A DNA stretch of 61,030 bases, the filler included, from Porpidia crustulata (taxonomy: Eukaryota), in NCBI GenBank assembly GCA_964255105.1. It is 9 parts of 9 records of this genome, joined end to end, with 100 filler letters (N's around TTAATTAATTAA, not from the genome) between each part and the next. Parts side by side here need not be neighbours in the genome. Positions count along the whole stretch, not along the records: positions 1 to 6,711 come from CAXUWE010001473.1; positions 6,812 to 13,514 come from CAXUWE010001474.1; 7 more parts are not named here. One strand, given 5' to 3'. This document shows, piece by piece, positions 1-11,311 of this stretch (position 1 is its first letter; every line of letters starts with the position of its first letter). The position numbers were made by a program, and so were the translations under genes. Below the pieces are notes generated by a model that searched no databases, was not told the origin of the DNA, and saw only the letters and a list, made by a program, of their open reading frames with translations.

Positions 1-737
1 GTTTTTAGGAGGGAGGGTAGGTAGATAGGTAGGTGGTTGGGATTGGTTGGAGAGGGTTGGAGAAGGTTGGGTAGGTAGGTGGGTAGGGAGGTGGTTGGGA
101 ATGGTTGGGTGTGGGGTTTTTTTTTGATGATTTATTATTGTGTTCCGTTGAAAAATCGGATAAAAATATCGCATTCGTGGTTTCGGTGGTTTCATTCTGT
201 GGATCCAATGGTGATACTGTTGGCTTAGCATATGTGGATCTGTTCTTGTTTTGAACGAGGCGCAGCTCGTAGAAGACAGTTGACAATTGGCAAAAGGACG
301 AAAGCATGATGCAGGATGAACCACAACAGGCGATAGATGAGACGAAGAAATACACAAAGTTCAACGCGGGGGGTTGAAGCTTGGAATTTGATCAAGTCAC
401 TTGGGTGTTTGGGTGCTTGAATGGATCACTTTTTGTTCAATGAGATTTTAGCTTTTTCGGAAAATCAGCTACGAAGCTATCTAGCACGCGGATTAAAGCA
501 CAACCGAGAACTCGTTTGTTTGAGATGTTGCATTATCATAGTCTGCTGACTTTATTCATTATCGTGGTTGACGTTCCTGACTTCCGTATTCTGCTTCGAC
601 CAACCCACTCCGCTGGCTAGAAATACTCCTGTCACATTAGTCATTCATTGTCCCCGTGTACATCCCAAAGAACGCTCTTACCCTTGATCCGCGAGGACTC
701 TAAGCGCTCCTCGTTGCTGCTGGTAAGATACCCAAAG

Positions 738-3074
738 CTAGGGTTCCGGATGCGGTTTTTTTTCGTTCTCCGGTGCAAACACGGCTTGCAGGAGATCCCG
801 GACTTCCGCTTCGTCGCAAAATTCAACTTCATCATTGCCTGGAAGAACGTTCTTGCAGCCTTGGATCCAGTAATCCTGCAGCTCCTGGGCGCTTGAGCCA
901 GATTGATCCCCATCCGTCATGGTCCGACGAAGAAATGTGGGCATATCGACAACCACAAGGTCTTGGCTCGGGGAATCTCGGACGGTGACCATGGCGCATC
1001 TCATTTTTGCGCCGAGGTTTGGGCGATCTGAGGCCCGGGATTGACGAGAGGATTCCTCATGAAGGACCACGATCGTCCATTTTCCTGGTGTCACTTGTGT
1101 CGTCTTCCACGGCCATTGCACGCCATAGGACTTCGTTTTCGTAGCATAGAGCGCTGAAGACAAAGGTCCTACCTGAAAATCGGATCCGTGGATGGAAGGC
1201 TTGGCCATTGCGAAGGAATTCGCTATGGCAATGCCGTGATCAGTCGACCCCAAAAGCCCGCCTCCACTTCGAGTCATCCACTCCAGAAAGCGCAGTAAGC
1301 CGGTGACAATCTTGGTCGGTGTCAAAAGTATGTCGGTGAGTGGAGAAACGCCATAGGCTAATCGGCAGATTGGGAATTCGCGGGTGTCTACTATTGATGA
1401 CCAAACTGCTCTCCAGTCGATTCGTCCATCCTCAAATCGCATACCCTCCTCGTCTAGGATTCCTAGGTCCGGTTTAGCCCATACCATTTGGTTGACGTGG
1501 TTCATTGAGAAATCAATTTTATCTTCGAGCTGCCAGCGCTTGAGTCCTAGCTTCAGAGGGCGCCTCAGCAGTTCTGTATGATAGATATTCTGTAACGCTG
1601 AGACGTGGCTGTTAATATATGATACAATGGAGTCGACTGAGATCAAGGGCGTTCCGAGAACAAAGAGACTACCAAGGGTAATACCGTCAAGGCATATGTT
1701 CTCAAGATCCTCCTTCTTTAAATCCGGCATATTACACAGAGCCAGGGACTTCATCTTACCGGTCTCACGTAGCTCGGAGAGAACCTTGCTGATGTCATTG
1801 ATGGTGAGTGATTTCAAAGGTGTGAGATCGATGTCTTCCTCATTTTTCAGAGCTTTGCACAAAAGGAACAGCCCGGCTGGTGATGTCTGCAGAAGATCTG
1901 GGTCTTCGTATAATTTGCGCTTCAAACATGGTAAGAAGTCATGCAATGCTTCTGCTTCAGGCATCCAAGATCTCAGGTCTGCTTCCGATTGCTTTAACGC
2001 CGCTTCCAGTATAGTCCTCATCGCAGAATCTCGAAGAGATATTGGTGCAGCGACTGTCTGAGGGACAGCAGGCTTAATTGACAAATTTGCCTGCTCGTCG
2101 ATGGAGAGATCAGCGAATATGCGGTTCGGAGATGCTTCATCACCATGACAGATTAGTCCAGTAGAGACACGCCCCGATCTTGAGCGATCTAGTTGGCCGC
2201 TCAGTGGATCTGGGGATAAGTCAAAATCACTCTCCACCTCTCTCAGCTCCTCGGGTTGTTTCGTACCTGTTGCTCCTGGACTCCCAGCACCGTCCAGATA
2301 TAGCTCTTCCTCCCTGGACGCATTTCCCTGTTCAGTAGTTTCTGTATCCCCAGATTCCGCTACCTCTTCTAGCTCTCCTTCCACTGGCTCGTCCTCTGTT
2401 AGCTCATCGTCTTCTGGCTCATCTCCTTCTAGCTCGACATCGGTAGGATCCCTCCAGGTGGGCCAAGTCTCACGCAAGGCAGCAATCTCAACTAGATCCC
2501 ACTTCTCCAGCCTAGCGATGAGATCCTTGAATTGATCTTGATCTTGATCTTTTGGATCACGCTCATTATAGTAGGACCAAAGGTATGTACTTGCTGAAAG
2601 TGGAGTCATTAATGGGACTGGGGTCTGACTTTCCATACCACCCGGCACAATATCGACAAAACAATAACGAATACGGTGCAGCTCCGATATGTCAATGACC
2701 GTAATGCCGTTATTATTGTCCACTTCATCATACTCACTGCCAAAGGGTTCGATATCAACACCGCTGAGATATCCATCGGTAACGCCAAAAGATGCGCCGA
2801 GTACAAGACAGGTTGTAATCATTGGGAATGGTATCAGAGACCTAGTCTCATAATTATTCGAGTCCTCTTTCCATGAATTTTCATCACGATGCCGGGCCGA
2901 GAGCAATTCCTGCTGGATCGGAATTCGATTCTCGATGGCTTGAAAAGTCTGCACCAGCCCATGACAGCGCTTCAGCGCAGTAAAGCCATATAGCCATTGA
3001 TGGTGTACGCTGGCAAGGTTGCGATATCGCTCATTAATTCTTGCGATCACGTAGAGCTGATGTCGTTGGCCCAT
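738..3074 (-). CDS. Conserved fungal hypothetical protein (MGQRHQ...HHQWLYG N-terminus, acidic linker, LRR-like middle), 778 aa, intronless
   Basis: Uninterrupted 778-codon ORF from ATG; motifs MGQRHQLYVIAR, HHQWLYG and DNNNGITVIDIS; Leu-periodic segment LTPLKSLTINDISKVL...MKSLALCNMPDL. Confidence 0.85.
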   Translation of the reverse strand: MGQRHQLYVIARINERYRNLASVHHQWLYGFTALKRCHGLVQTFQAIENRIPIQQELLSARHRDENSWKEDSNNYETRSLIPFPMITTCLVLGASFGVTDGYLSGVDIEPFGSEYDEVDNNNGITVIDISELHRIRYCFVDIVPGGMESQTPVPLMTPLSASTYLWSYYNERDPKDQDQDQFKDLIARLEKWDLVEIAALRETWPTWRDPTDVELEGDEPEDDELTEDEPVEGELEEVAESGDTETTEQGNASREEELYLDGAGSPGATGTKQPEELREVESDFDLSPDPLSGQLDRSRSGRVSTGLICHGDEASPNRIFADLSIDEQANLSIKPAVPQTVAAPISLRDSAMRTILEAALKQSEADLRSWMPEAEALHDFLPCLKRKLYEDPDLLQTSPAGLFLLCKALKNEEDIDLTPLKSLTINDISKVLSELRETGKMKSLALCNMPDLKKEDLENICLDGITLGSLFVLGTPLISVDSIVSYINSHVSALQNIYHTELLRRPLKLGLKRWQLEDKIDFSMNHVNQMVWAKPDLGILDEEGMRFEDGRIDWRAVWSSIVDTREFPICRLAYGVSPLTDILLTPTKIVTGLLRFLEWMTRSGGGLLGSTDHGIAIANSFAMAKPSIHGSDFQVGPLSSALYATKTKSYGVQWPWKTTQVTPGKWTIVVLHEESSRQSRASDRPNLGAKMRCAMVTVRDSPSQDLVVVDMPTFLRRTMTDGDQSGSSAQELQDYWIQGCKNVLPGNDEVEFCDEAEVRDLLQAVFAPENEKKPHPEP
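2367..2441 (-). repeat. Five imperfect 15-bp tandem units encoding an acidic pentapeptide repeat
   Basis: Plus-strand units ttctagctctccttc/cactggctcgtcctc/tgttagctcatcgtc/ttctggctcatctcc/ttctagctcgacatc, translating to DVELEGDEPEDDELTEDEPVEGELE. Confidence 0.75.
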
Positions 3075-4105
3075 GCTTGACTAGGCGAGATGGATAGAAT
3101 GACTGATATCAAGGATGTCATGTTCAAATTTGAGATGAGATTTGGTTTAACGACCGGAAAATCAGGCCGTGAATGGGATGTTGTAAGACATTCACTCTAG
3201 GCAACAGCGTAGACTTGATGTGACAAGCACAATCATGTCTCAACGCGATACCCCACTCGTTCGTCGCTGTTAAGTAGCTATGTAGGTAGGTATGGTGATG
3301 GGGAAATACACCACAAGCAGTAGTGAGTTCACTATCAAATCGACTAGGAGTTTGCTTTTAGTGCTCTCACACGGTTGGATTATCTATCCTACGACGGCGT
3401 TCTTTGAGCCAAGGGGTATGTTCTAAATCCATGCCGCAGAATCACCTACGATGGTGGTTTCCATAGCAGCCTATCTCAGGAGTTCCGAATCAACAAATGG
3501 CCAGATCAGAGCATTTAGTCAACGTGCTCTTTATGGACACACTAGAAAGATAGATTGTTGGTTGGATAAATTGGAACTCGTGGTAAAAGAGCTTCTCAGT
3601 CGAACTTGATAAAGTGAGGTCTCTGTACCCTGGCCAAGAACAGTTGTAATTACGGAAGACTGATCTATGGACCTTTAGTAATATCAAAAGAGTCTCCAGA
3701 TTGCAGCTATTCAAAGATTCCTTATCATGTTCGTAACGAAGCACGATACATCAGGATAATGTTACATGCCGTTGATGGACTTTCATGTGGATTTTCAGTG
3801 TGATCGCACTTGAGGATCTCTTGAAGCCAAGCTTACCTATTGCCTTCATAGAATTATTTAGTGAGATGAACCGTCTGGACGGACAAGAACAGTTGTGTGG
3901 CCGTATCTGACATAGATTTGGTATGTAGGTAGTGATAAGATGATGAATCGAGTTGCTCAAGGAGTCCGTCTACATAGCTTGATAGCACAGGAAGTCGGCT
4001 ATGTATTTGTCTATTTACGCTGGCTTAGGGTTAGGGCTTTACCCTCACTAGCTCCGCAGCTTAGTCTCTTAGATGCAGGCACCCACGCACCTACCAACGT
4101 GCCGT

Positions 4106-4344
4106 CGGATAACAGAAAAAGCCGGACGCACAAATTGATTCCTCGCCCAAATCATTAAATTTTCTGCTGAATTTTCGAAGTCATTCGCTCACGAAATTCG
4201 ATTGCATTCGCTTTCAACAGGAGTCAATTTATAAAATTGATTCAGGCTCAGTCTGACATTGATATATCTATACAAAACTTCAGTGATATAATTGAAGCAA
4301 TGGGTGGAGAATTGATTTGTGCGTTCGGCTTTTTCTGTTATCCG
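4106..4344. mobile_element. MITE-like element with 44-bp terminal inverted repeats
   Basis: 4106-4149 (cggataacagaaaaagccggacgcacaaattgattcctcgccca) matches the reverse complement of 4301-4344 at 38/44 positions; AT-rich non-coding interior; no clear TSD. Confidence 0.7.
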
Positions 4345-4471
4345 CGTGCTACCACCCTACCTAGTCGGCATGAAGCTTACCTGACTGGATACAGAAAGCA
4401 CAGAGTATGAGCGCTGGAATGGTGCCAGCCCGGGTTTGAACAATCAACCCCATGAACACTCAAGAATCGTA

Positions 4472-5221
4472 ATGGCTTCAATCTACGTGTATGGGTATGA
4501 TGAGCGAATGCTTGCGGCTCCTCAGAAAGTCTCTTATGAGTCCAGTCAGAAAATTGGGAGTAGGTCAGAATACCACAGAATATCAACTGGATCTACGCGA
4601 TGCCCATTGCTCGAGATGCCGGCCGAGATCCGGACTAGCATTTACAAATATCTTCTACCCACGACAATAGACATTGGAGGCAAAGGGACTGCCTGGGTTC
4701 GTGGCAGCACCGCACTATTAGCGACCAACAAGCGAATCTACCATGAAGCTATTGCGATGATGTACGGCAGCAGTACATTTCTCTTAGACTTGCGCTACGA
4801 TTCTCTCACATTCACGTATAGGTATGCTTTACGTTCCGCCATAATATTGAGCTCCGATCTTCGATTTCCCGACAGCATAGCAGCACGTAACTTGGTCCTA
4901 ATACGAAGATACTGTGTCCATATACACTTCATCGACAGCTACACCGGGATGATCAAATATAATATCGCTAGCCTTGCAGGTCTTGCTCATGGCGTCAAAG
5001 GGCAAGTCGCAAGATTGACAAGATCTTTTCAAGATTCGGCCGAGATCGAACAGCTGCGGATCATCTTTCGAGACGAGAATCGCGATAACAAGACCGGTGG
5101 AGATGTTCTGTCGCCACTTCTCAGCCTGAGAAATATACAGTCGGTATCCTTCTCAGGAATGATAGATTTGAAGCTACGAATGAGACTGGAAAGAAGTCTC
5201 ACGAGCGTTCAGAGCAATTAG
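4472..5221 (+). CDS. Fungal hypothetical protein with F-box-like 'LLxMPAEIRxxIY' motif
   Basis: ORF open from 4436, first in-frame ATG at 4472; PLLEMPAEIRTSIYKYLL and ALLATNKRIYHEAIAMMYG are typical of this fungal class. Confidence 0.7.
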   Translation: MASIYVYGYDERMLAAPQKVSYESSQKIGSRSEYHRISTGSTRCPLLEMPAEIRTSIYKYLLPTTIDIGGKGTAWVRGSTALLATNKRIYHEAIAMMYGSSTFLLDLRYDSLTFTYRYALRSAIILSSDLRFPDSIAARNLVLIRRYCVHIHFIDSYTGMIKYNIASLAGLAHGVKGQVARLTRSFQDSAEIEQLRIIFRDENRDNKTGGDVLSPLLSLRNIQSVSFSGMIDLKLRMRLERSLTSVQSN

Positions 5222-6076
5222 AGTCGACTATGCATGTTTTCAGAGCTCGGCGACGTGTTCTGGCAGTGTGTCCCAATTAGCACTACAGCCAATCTATAAT
5301 AATACTTCGCTAATAGACTTCGGAAGAAATTTTCTGGCATGAAGTTTACGCCAAAAGTTCTCCTAGCTAGCTGCAGAGGAAAGAGTAAGAATTTGTACCA
5401 AACCTATTATTTTTGTTCTATTTATTTTGTCTTGACGATGCTCGAAGATCCTAAATGGAGATTCGGTCCTAAATTCTGTTGGGGCCGTAAACTGGGCATC
5501 ATGCTCAAGACGCTGTTACCGGTTGTCAAGATCGTTCTTGATGATGGAAGAGGCGAGACACAATATCTATAGAGGAACCCGTGATTTTCACGGACGAGAT
5601 ATAAAGCACGGTGGATGAGACTTACAAGTAACGGAAACCTGATACTATATGAACGAGATGGTACTACGAGCAGAATGTACGGTATAACGGGTGAACTATG
5701 TAACATGGCTTGGGGGACGGATCTTTGGTACGAATGATCAGAAGCACTGATCACTGTTCATTACCAAGGAAAGCCGATCATTGTATATACTCGCATCATG
5801 AATTTTATGGCTTCCTTGGCATGATTGTCGCCTTTAGATACGGGTCCGTCTCCACAAAACTCTTGAGGAGACAACGTCTTCTGGTGAGATGAGGGTGCCC
5901 AAGAGAGTCGGACTTAAGCGGTAGCGCCGGCCTTATCAGCGGCGCTCGGGCCATCCCGCCAGCCCTAACAGAATATCTCAATTCCTAACTTCGCACATGG
6001 AGTAGACATTGTACAGTGAGATTGAGACTCAACGACTTAACATAATCAACTGGACTTGTCCCACGAATCCTAAATT

Positions 6077-6711
6077 ATGGCCGCCGTCTACAAATCCCTC
6101 TCCAAGACCAAAAGCCAAAGAGAACCCTCGACTCCCAATACGACCTCCACCTCCACTTCTGCACCCAAAAGAACCAAGCAACGAGTCCTTATCCTCTCTT
6201 CGCGCGGAGTGACCTACCGTCACAGGCATCTCCTAAATGATATTTACTCGCTCCTGCCCCATAGCCGCAAAGACGCGAAGCTCGACACCAAAACCAAGCT
6301 CTACCAATTAAATGAACTTGCCGAATTATATAATTGCAATAATGTCCTATTTTTCGAAGCGCGCAAGGGAAAGGACCTATACATATGGATGAGTAAAGCG
6401 CCCAATGGGCCGACGGTAAAGATGCATCTCCAAAATCGTATGTCCCCTATCCCACATGCTTCCCTCCACCTCCACTCCAAACCCTCCGATCTCTTTAGCA
6501 CTGGAGCTCATCGCTGACACCGCTATCGAAGTGCACACAATGTCCGAACTCCACTTCCCCGGCAACTGTCTCAAAGGTTCCCGCCCCATCCTCTCCTTCG
6601 ACCACACCTTCACCACCGCCCCCTACCTCCTCGTAAAAAAAGAACACCACACCCCCCTCTTCCGCGTCCCTAACGCCGCCCGCAAAACCAAACCATTTAT
6701 CCACCACGTCA
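6077..6711 (+). CDS. BRX1: Ribosome biogenesis protein Brx1 (Brix domain), 3'-truncated at contig end; intron 6438-6531
   Basis: QRVLILSSRGVTYRHRHLLND, YNCNNVLFFEARK, PNGPTVKMHLQN|LHTMSELHFPGNCLKGSRPILSFD; GTATGT...GCTGAC...AAG intron restores the frame. Confidence 0.95.
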
Positions 6712-6811
6712 NNNNNNNNNNNNNNNNNNNNNNNNNNNNNNNNNNNNNNNNNNNNTTAATTAATTAANNNNNNNNNNNNNNNNNNNNNNNNNNNNNNNNN
6801 NNNNNNNNNNN
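6712..6811. other. Artificial contig spacer
   Basis: N44-TTAATTAATTAA-N44, 100 bp; the 12-mer gives stops in all six frames. Confidence 0.99.
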
Positions 6812-7277
6812 GGAGAGGAGTGTGATTCTGGAGTGAGGGGCTGGGGGAAAGTGGACGAGCGGCCGAGGATAAGGATGGGGAAATGAGGCTCGCGTGTGAT
6901 GCATTGCTTGGATGAATTACCTTTATCGTGTGCTGCGTTTCGAGCGAGCGAGCGAGCGATCTGTCTTGTCGTAGAACATCACACGATGAACCTTTTGTGA
7001 GGAAACGCGGGTTACACTGGTTTGGGGGTTTTTCGATTCTGCACACGGGGCCTGACGATACCATACCCGAACAAGCGTGGCGCTCGGGAATTATATTCAA
7101 AGCTGTTGCTTCTCTTCCCATATTTATAAATGGGGCGGAAGGGGGGGGGCCCTGTAGGCCGCGGTCACATTTTTCTAAGCTTTTCTATACATTTCACACC
7201 CCGAACTCAAAATCTCGCCACGTTGCGCCGTGCTCCAAACGCCCGTTGCTTCGTCCGATGCCAAGATAAAAGCCAAT

Positions 7278-8805
7278 CTATTTCGCTACTGCGGCGCTGT
7301 AATTGCAGACCATCAGTTTTTCCAATTCTCACAAACATATCTTTAAGGGGGAAGAGACGGTGGGATTCGAACGTACCTGAGAACCGAAGTCCGGAAAAAA
7401 CTGCCCTTGGTCCTCTCAATGACTTGCTGATATACGGAGTTGGCCGGGTGGTTCATCAGCACGGTGCCCTCCTTGTAGTCGAGTTTGCCGTCCATGCGCG
7501 TGTCGCGGATCAGGTTGACGATCCACTTCTCGCCGTCGTCTTGGTTGAGGCCGAGGCGCGCGGAGAGGTCTCTGTTTTGAGGAGGTTAGTTTGGCAAAAA
7601 GGGGTTTTTATTGGTTGGATGGTTGGTTGGGGATGCAGGGAGTGGGAAGGAGGGAATGCGTACTTGATATCGATGCGCTCGTGGATCTTGCAGTAGCTTT
7701 CGGAAATCAGGTGGCGCGCGGCTTCTACGAAGGCGTCGGCGGCGGCGGAGAGGAAGAAGTCGCCTTTTAGGATTTCTTCGGCCTCGCTGAGTTTCTTTTG
7801 CGCCTCTTCGAAGTCGAAATCGATGTAGAGTGCCTTGACGAAGTCGGTCACGGGATCGTTGTATTCGTAGCCTTCTTGCCTCACCACCCGCACGAGGTCT
7901 TTGAGTTGTTTCTGATATTGGCTCGTGTTCCTTGTCCGGCTCCGGTTCGTTATGACGGCGGCCGCAAGGTAGCGGAGGATCCAGGGGCAATTGGTTTGAA
8001 TGGTGTTTATGAAGGGCGCGGAGAATAACAGGTCGGTGATGGTTTCGCGGGCGGGCTCGTAGTTGAAGAATGGGAAAAGCGACCAGTGGATGAGCCACGT
8101 TCGGTGCTGTAACTGGGCCAGGGGATTGTTGAAGAGCTTGGTGTCAATGGATTCCTTGACTTTGTTCACTTCTTCCATTACTATCTCCCAATTCGTGGTC
8201 AGGATCTCGCAGGCCAGTTTTCCCCATGTGGCCTGGGTAGCCTTGTCGTTGTCCGTGGAGAGAATTCGGAATTGGTCGAGAAGGTGGGCGGCGTTGGCAT
8301 AGCTGCCACAGCTATATTGGAAGCGGCCATAATCGTAAAGCATGTCCACCATTCCGAGCGTGACGCCGTGTTGCTGTTCTAGGAATTTCAGATTGGCGAC
8401 TTTGTCACTGCGGAGATTCGACACAACGCTATCATCGCCGAGAAGCTCGTCGATCTGGCTTGTCTCTTCGGTGAACAGAGATAGTCTTTGTAGTACCTCT
8501 TCCCTCTTCTTTAGAAACTCATCGGGCATCTCATCGCTATCATTGATATCTTGCCAAAGGCTAGCAACATAATCGGTCATGTTGGTTTGCTTGAGGAGCT
8601 CATATTTTGTCTTTGTGATTTCAGATGTGTCTTCTTCTTGGCTAGATATAAATTCAAGTAACGGGAATATCAGATGTCGATCGAGGTGAGGTATAAGCTT
8701 GGGTAGTAGGTCGTATTGTTGGACAATCTCTGTGTGAGCCGTTTCTACTTGATGGGCATTACCGTTGAGTATCGTCTCCGCTGAAGTGGGCGTATTATCC
8801 GTCAT
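7278..8805 (-). CDS. INT6: Eukaryotic translation initiation factor 3 subunit E; introns 7572-7663 and 7297-7376
   Basis: [38 protein letters not shown] region; spliced C-terminus [12 protein letters not shown]...[11 protein letters not shown]...RTSVL|SAAVAK*. Confidence 0.96.
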
Positions 8806-9658
8806 AGTTGTGCCGATACACCTGAAAGACCTAGAGTCCTGGTCTTGGGAAAAGGTGGTGGATATCAGTGTGCGTATATTTGATTAATTTAGACATGGCA
8901 GGTGCTCCAGTGCGCGCCAAGATTTCGCGCTTAAATGAGCCTAGCTTAAGTGCAGGCGCTAGTGCATGTTACCGTACAGCAAGGTATTGTTAATTTGTCA
9001 TAAGAATAGATCTACCTCCTACTACATCTGCTCAAATGGTCCAAATAAGAAATCTGGATATTCTTCTAGCAGCATTTGGCATCCACCATAACCTCAACCT
9101 ACGCCATATCGATGTCCATTTCCTTTATTACTATCGTTTCTCACCATCATTGCTGTGCTCTGCTATGACTATAATTGACCATTTCAAGCAGTCCTGGGGC
9201 TCTTGACTTCTAAGGCTTTCTGATCAAGGTAAGATCCTACCTATAAATTCGTCCACAGACCTTGGAGCCTTAGACTCCGAAGCTCCTTTTTTGGTCTCAA
9301 ACCAGACTGCGATGAGTCAGGGCTCTTTACCACTGCGCAACCGTTGTTGCGCGAACGAGGATGGTGAAATTTGTTGTCTTTTGCAAATTTCTGAACACGG
9401 TAGATCATCCAGTATCAGCATTTCATAGAAGTGTAAGTACAGAAATCAAGGTTGGCGGACAGATATGCTAGTTTACCGAAGGCTCTATAGCTACACTAAT
9501 CACAGTGCCCGCTGCTTTAGTGTTGTGAAAGGAGTGACACGGATGACGTTGATACTGCAGGGACCAATACGACTTGGATTAGGATGATTGGATTCCTGTA
9601 GTTCCTTATTCCCGTCTTCGCGGAGGGCGAGCCTTAACATCCAAAGAGACAAGGTGCT

Positions 9659-11311
9659 TTAAGTCCGGTAATCGCCATTGATAGTCACGTCTGAATATCA
9701 TTAGCTTTAATGTTAGATTCTAGAAATGTCGCGACTCACATTCGTGACTGAGATCGCACGTCCAATAGCTAGCCTCGTGCTCTCTTTTTTCGCCCTTTCC
9801 CAGGTCTACAAGTATCTCCAGATCTTCTTCCACCAGTATCTGAGCCGCTCGTGTCTCGTCTATAGACTCCGGCTCCCCATTGACAAGCAACTTTAGCGGG
9901 GTCGTACCATCCTGTGGAATGAAGCTGACACTCGCTTGCTCTGGTATTACTGTGTCCTCGTGGCTAAGACCCTGCGTGTAGCCAATCGCGCATATGATAC
10001 GACCCCAGTTGGCGTCTTTACCATACAACGCTGTCTTGACAAGAGGGCTGCATGCGATTGTACTTGCAATAAGGCGTGCGTCATTGAAAGATGGAGAATT
10101 AATCACCCTGATACAGACGAACTTTGTGGCGCCTTCTCCATCGCGGACGACTAATTGGGATAGTCTTTGAGCGAACGATGTGAGAATTTCTTGCATCGCT
10201 TTACCATCTTCAGACGCAGGAGATGTAATAGATCCGCCGGCCGCTTCACCATTGGCAAGAAGGAAGACTGTATCGTTGGTACTCATATCGCCGTCTACAC
10301 ATATAGCGTTGAAAGAGCGATCAACGGCGTGTGTGAGTAGGGGTTGTAAAGCCGAAGCGTGAATTGGAGCGTCGGTGCAGATGATACCAAGAAGAGTGGC
10401 CATGTTGGGATGAATCATACCAGCACCTTTTGTCATTCCTGCAAGACTATATGTCATACTAGGCGAAGAAGGTAGAGTGAAGGTCATAGAAAGCAGCTTC
10501 GGAAAGGTATCGGTGGTACAAATTGCTCGAGCTGCAGCCAGCCAAGACTGATGGGAGTTATCTCGCGTCTGAAAAGCTCTTGGTACAGCACAGATAATCT
10601 TTTGAATAGGGAGACGCTGCCTAGTGTAAGTCTTCAGCGCTGTTCTCTGTCGTCTACTTTCTTTTTACCCTACAAAGTTTCGAGTAGAACAATTCCGCAA
10701 TAGTATCAAATTGAAACATGTTTCCGTTTAAACGTAGCATGTAAGATCATGGAAATCACGTACCCAATCACACCAGTAGACATTACTAGGGTACTACTAG
10801 GTGGACCTGAGCTTGAGGAGAATTGCTCATCAACCGCCCTAGCCATCGAGCCGGCATCTTCAAGGCCACCTTTGCCAGTCACAGCATTTGCACAACCAGA
10901 GTTGATAATGATGGCTTTGATGCCTTCACCAGAGCGCTTCTGTAGTGTTTTTCGACTTACTGTAACTGGCGCGGCTTGAAATTTATTCTTTGTAAACACA
11001 GCAGCAGCAGAACAAGGCTTTTCAGATGAGATGATCGCGAGATCAGGATGAGACTTGTTGCTTGGCTTCACTCCGACATGAGTACCTGAAACAAGAAACC
11101 CTTTCGGATAAAACCCTGATTTAGGCACATATTTTTGCTTTGCTGCAGGTATGGCTCCATCAATAGCAGCCGAGTAGTATCTCGTCTGCTCAGCTGTGAA
11201 ACCAGTATTTTTCCAAATTGTCGAGACTGCAGAGATAATCAGCAGTCACAATGTGTAGGAATGCACAAGTTTCCAGGTTGTGAGTTTACCAATTCTTCGG
11301 CAAGCAATCAT
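9659..11311 (-). CDS. ARG7: Mitochondrial ornithine acetyltransferase (ArgJ family); introns 11227-11289, 10621-10763, 9691-9739
   Basis: [56 protein letters not shown] autoproteolysis site, [35 protein letters not shown]; Arg-rich presequence MIACRRIVSTIWK. Confidence 0.95.

Noticed and set aside
5..364. 119-aa Pro/Thr-rich ORF at the window start
   Set aside because: Arises from low-complexity G/T-rich contig-edge sequence; no recognisable motif
5339..5892. Stop-interrupted frame containing MRLTSNGNLILYERDG, reminiscent of a bulb-type lectin repeat
   Set aside because: A single short motif with several stops and no splice support; could be chance
6756..6767. Regularly spaced TTAATTAATTAA palindromes every ~6.8 kb
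   Set aside because: Embedded in fixed N runs; an artificial six-frame-stop linker, not a biological repeat or CRISPR array
9312..9318. TGAGTCA (Gcn4/CpcA-type site) near ARG7
   Set aside because: It lies 3' of ARG7 rather than in its promoter, and a single 7-mer is expected by chance in 61 kb
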